Assembly (NCBI RefSeq): GCF_001194135.2
Contig: NC_068987.1
Span: 42,814,560-42,846,838, forward strand
Direction: 5' to 3'
Origin: Octopus bimaculoides
Lineage: Eukaryota
Length of the DNA stretch: 32,279 nucleotides
Under the pieces are notes generated by a model, which did no database searches, was not told the DNA's origin, and was given only the letters and a program-made list of their open reading frames with translations. The position numbers and the translations under genes were made by a program. This document shows positions 31,286 to 32,279 of the stretch, one piece after another (the stretch's first letter is position 1; every line of letters starts with the position of its first letter).

Positions 31286-32279
31286 GATCACCATCATGTC
31301 AACCCATATTTATTTTGTGTTGAGTTGATGAAATTATACAAAAGAAATAGCAACGACATCGAAATTAAAGACTTTCTTTATTTATAACTTCTTTTTAGCA
31401 AGATTGAAAGCTGCTCATTTCAATTGGCAAACTATGACAGAATTTGAAAAACGTCGCCACACATCGTCGTATTCATAGTCGATTGGAAATTTGATTGATT
31501 AACCAGTATAACCGCATTCAGTTTTGAAAAGATATTCATTGCTTTCCTCTGTCGCTGCATCTGTCTAATTTGGCTTTCGTATTCATTCGTTTAATATGCA
31601 ATCATTTCATTCGTTTGTTCCATTGTCATTTCTGATGTATTCATCGATTCAGTCCACCGCCAGTTGTCATACAGTTATAACGTATTCATCAGTACAGCGC
31701 CGTGTGAACTGATAGCACTCAACTAAAGTGGGGTATTTGTATAGAACAAATTAGATGTAGCAAAGATATATTTTGCCATTTATCATAAAATTTAAGCAAT
31801 GGAAAAATGTTACGATTGTTTTAATTTTAAAAAATTTTTGTTGCTCTTCTTATACTTTTGATTGAAAAGTTCACAGAAGCAAGGAAACATATTGTCTACG
31901 TTGAGCAGGGATAGCAAACTTTGTATATCATTGATGCCGTTCGCCGATCCCAGCTCTAAGTAGACTGTTGTATTCCTCTCGGGAGACTCGCAGAGATAAC
32001 ACAACGAGTTGTACAATTTAATTATTACATTTATTATTCAATTACATACAAAGAACGCACTCACCGAAAGTTCGATGTTAATAAACATGAGTCATGTCCG
32101 CCATATATATCAATGACATTTTACTACCCCAGTCATTCAGAATAACAACGAAAACAAGGAACTCAGACGAACCACACTGAAACATGAGACGTCAGACGAA
32201 TAAATCTAACAGTCCCTATAACACCTCCCCACTGAAATTGATGCTACACAAGAAGTATCAACAGCAAAGTCTCTCTTGG

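Noticed and set aside
31810-32016. 68-aa minus-strand ORF with Cys pairs, possibly zinc-binding
   Set aside because: Cys spacing fits no domain I recognise, the start is non-ATG, and there are no convincing splice sites.

Overview
Eukaryotic, AT-rich, repeat-dense genomic DNA with four assembly gaps. The repeat content looks like an octopus or other coleoid cephalopod (inference, not a database hit). The only supported host gene is the 3' end of POLR3A/RPC1, the largest subunit of RNA polymerase III, on the + strand: seven short exons between 7966 and 24434 that the six-frame ORF track largely misses. The key observation is that its last intron (20989-24352) is a minor-spliceosome U12-type AT-AC intron (5' ATATCCTTTT, branch TCCTTAAC, 3' CAC). 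Splicing it restores a conserved C-terminus, whereas read-through hits a stop after 14 further codons. Because Pol III transcribes U6atac, this suggests a possible feedback loop (hypothesis). The rest is decayed mobile DNA: RTE LINE pieces and their tails (several as inverted pairs), a CsRn1-clade Ty3/Gypsy element with a tRNA-Trp PBS and candidate LTR, tRNA-type SINEs, a restriction-like-endonuclease non-LTR fragment, a DD37D maT fragment, a TTAA piggyBac-type MITE, a mariner derivative built from two 5' ends, and a 31-bp minisatellite with an internal inversion. CpG density rises sharply near the right end. All coordinates and alignments were read by eye; repeat boundaries are approximate.
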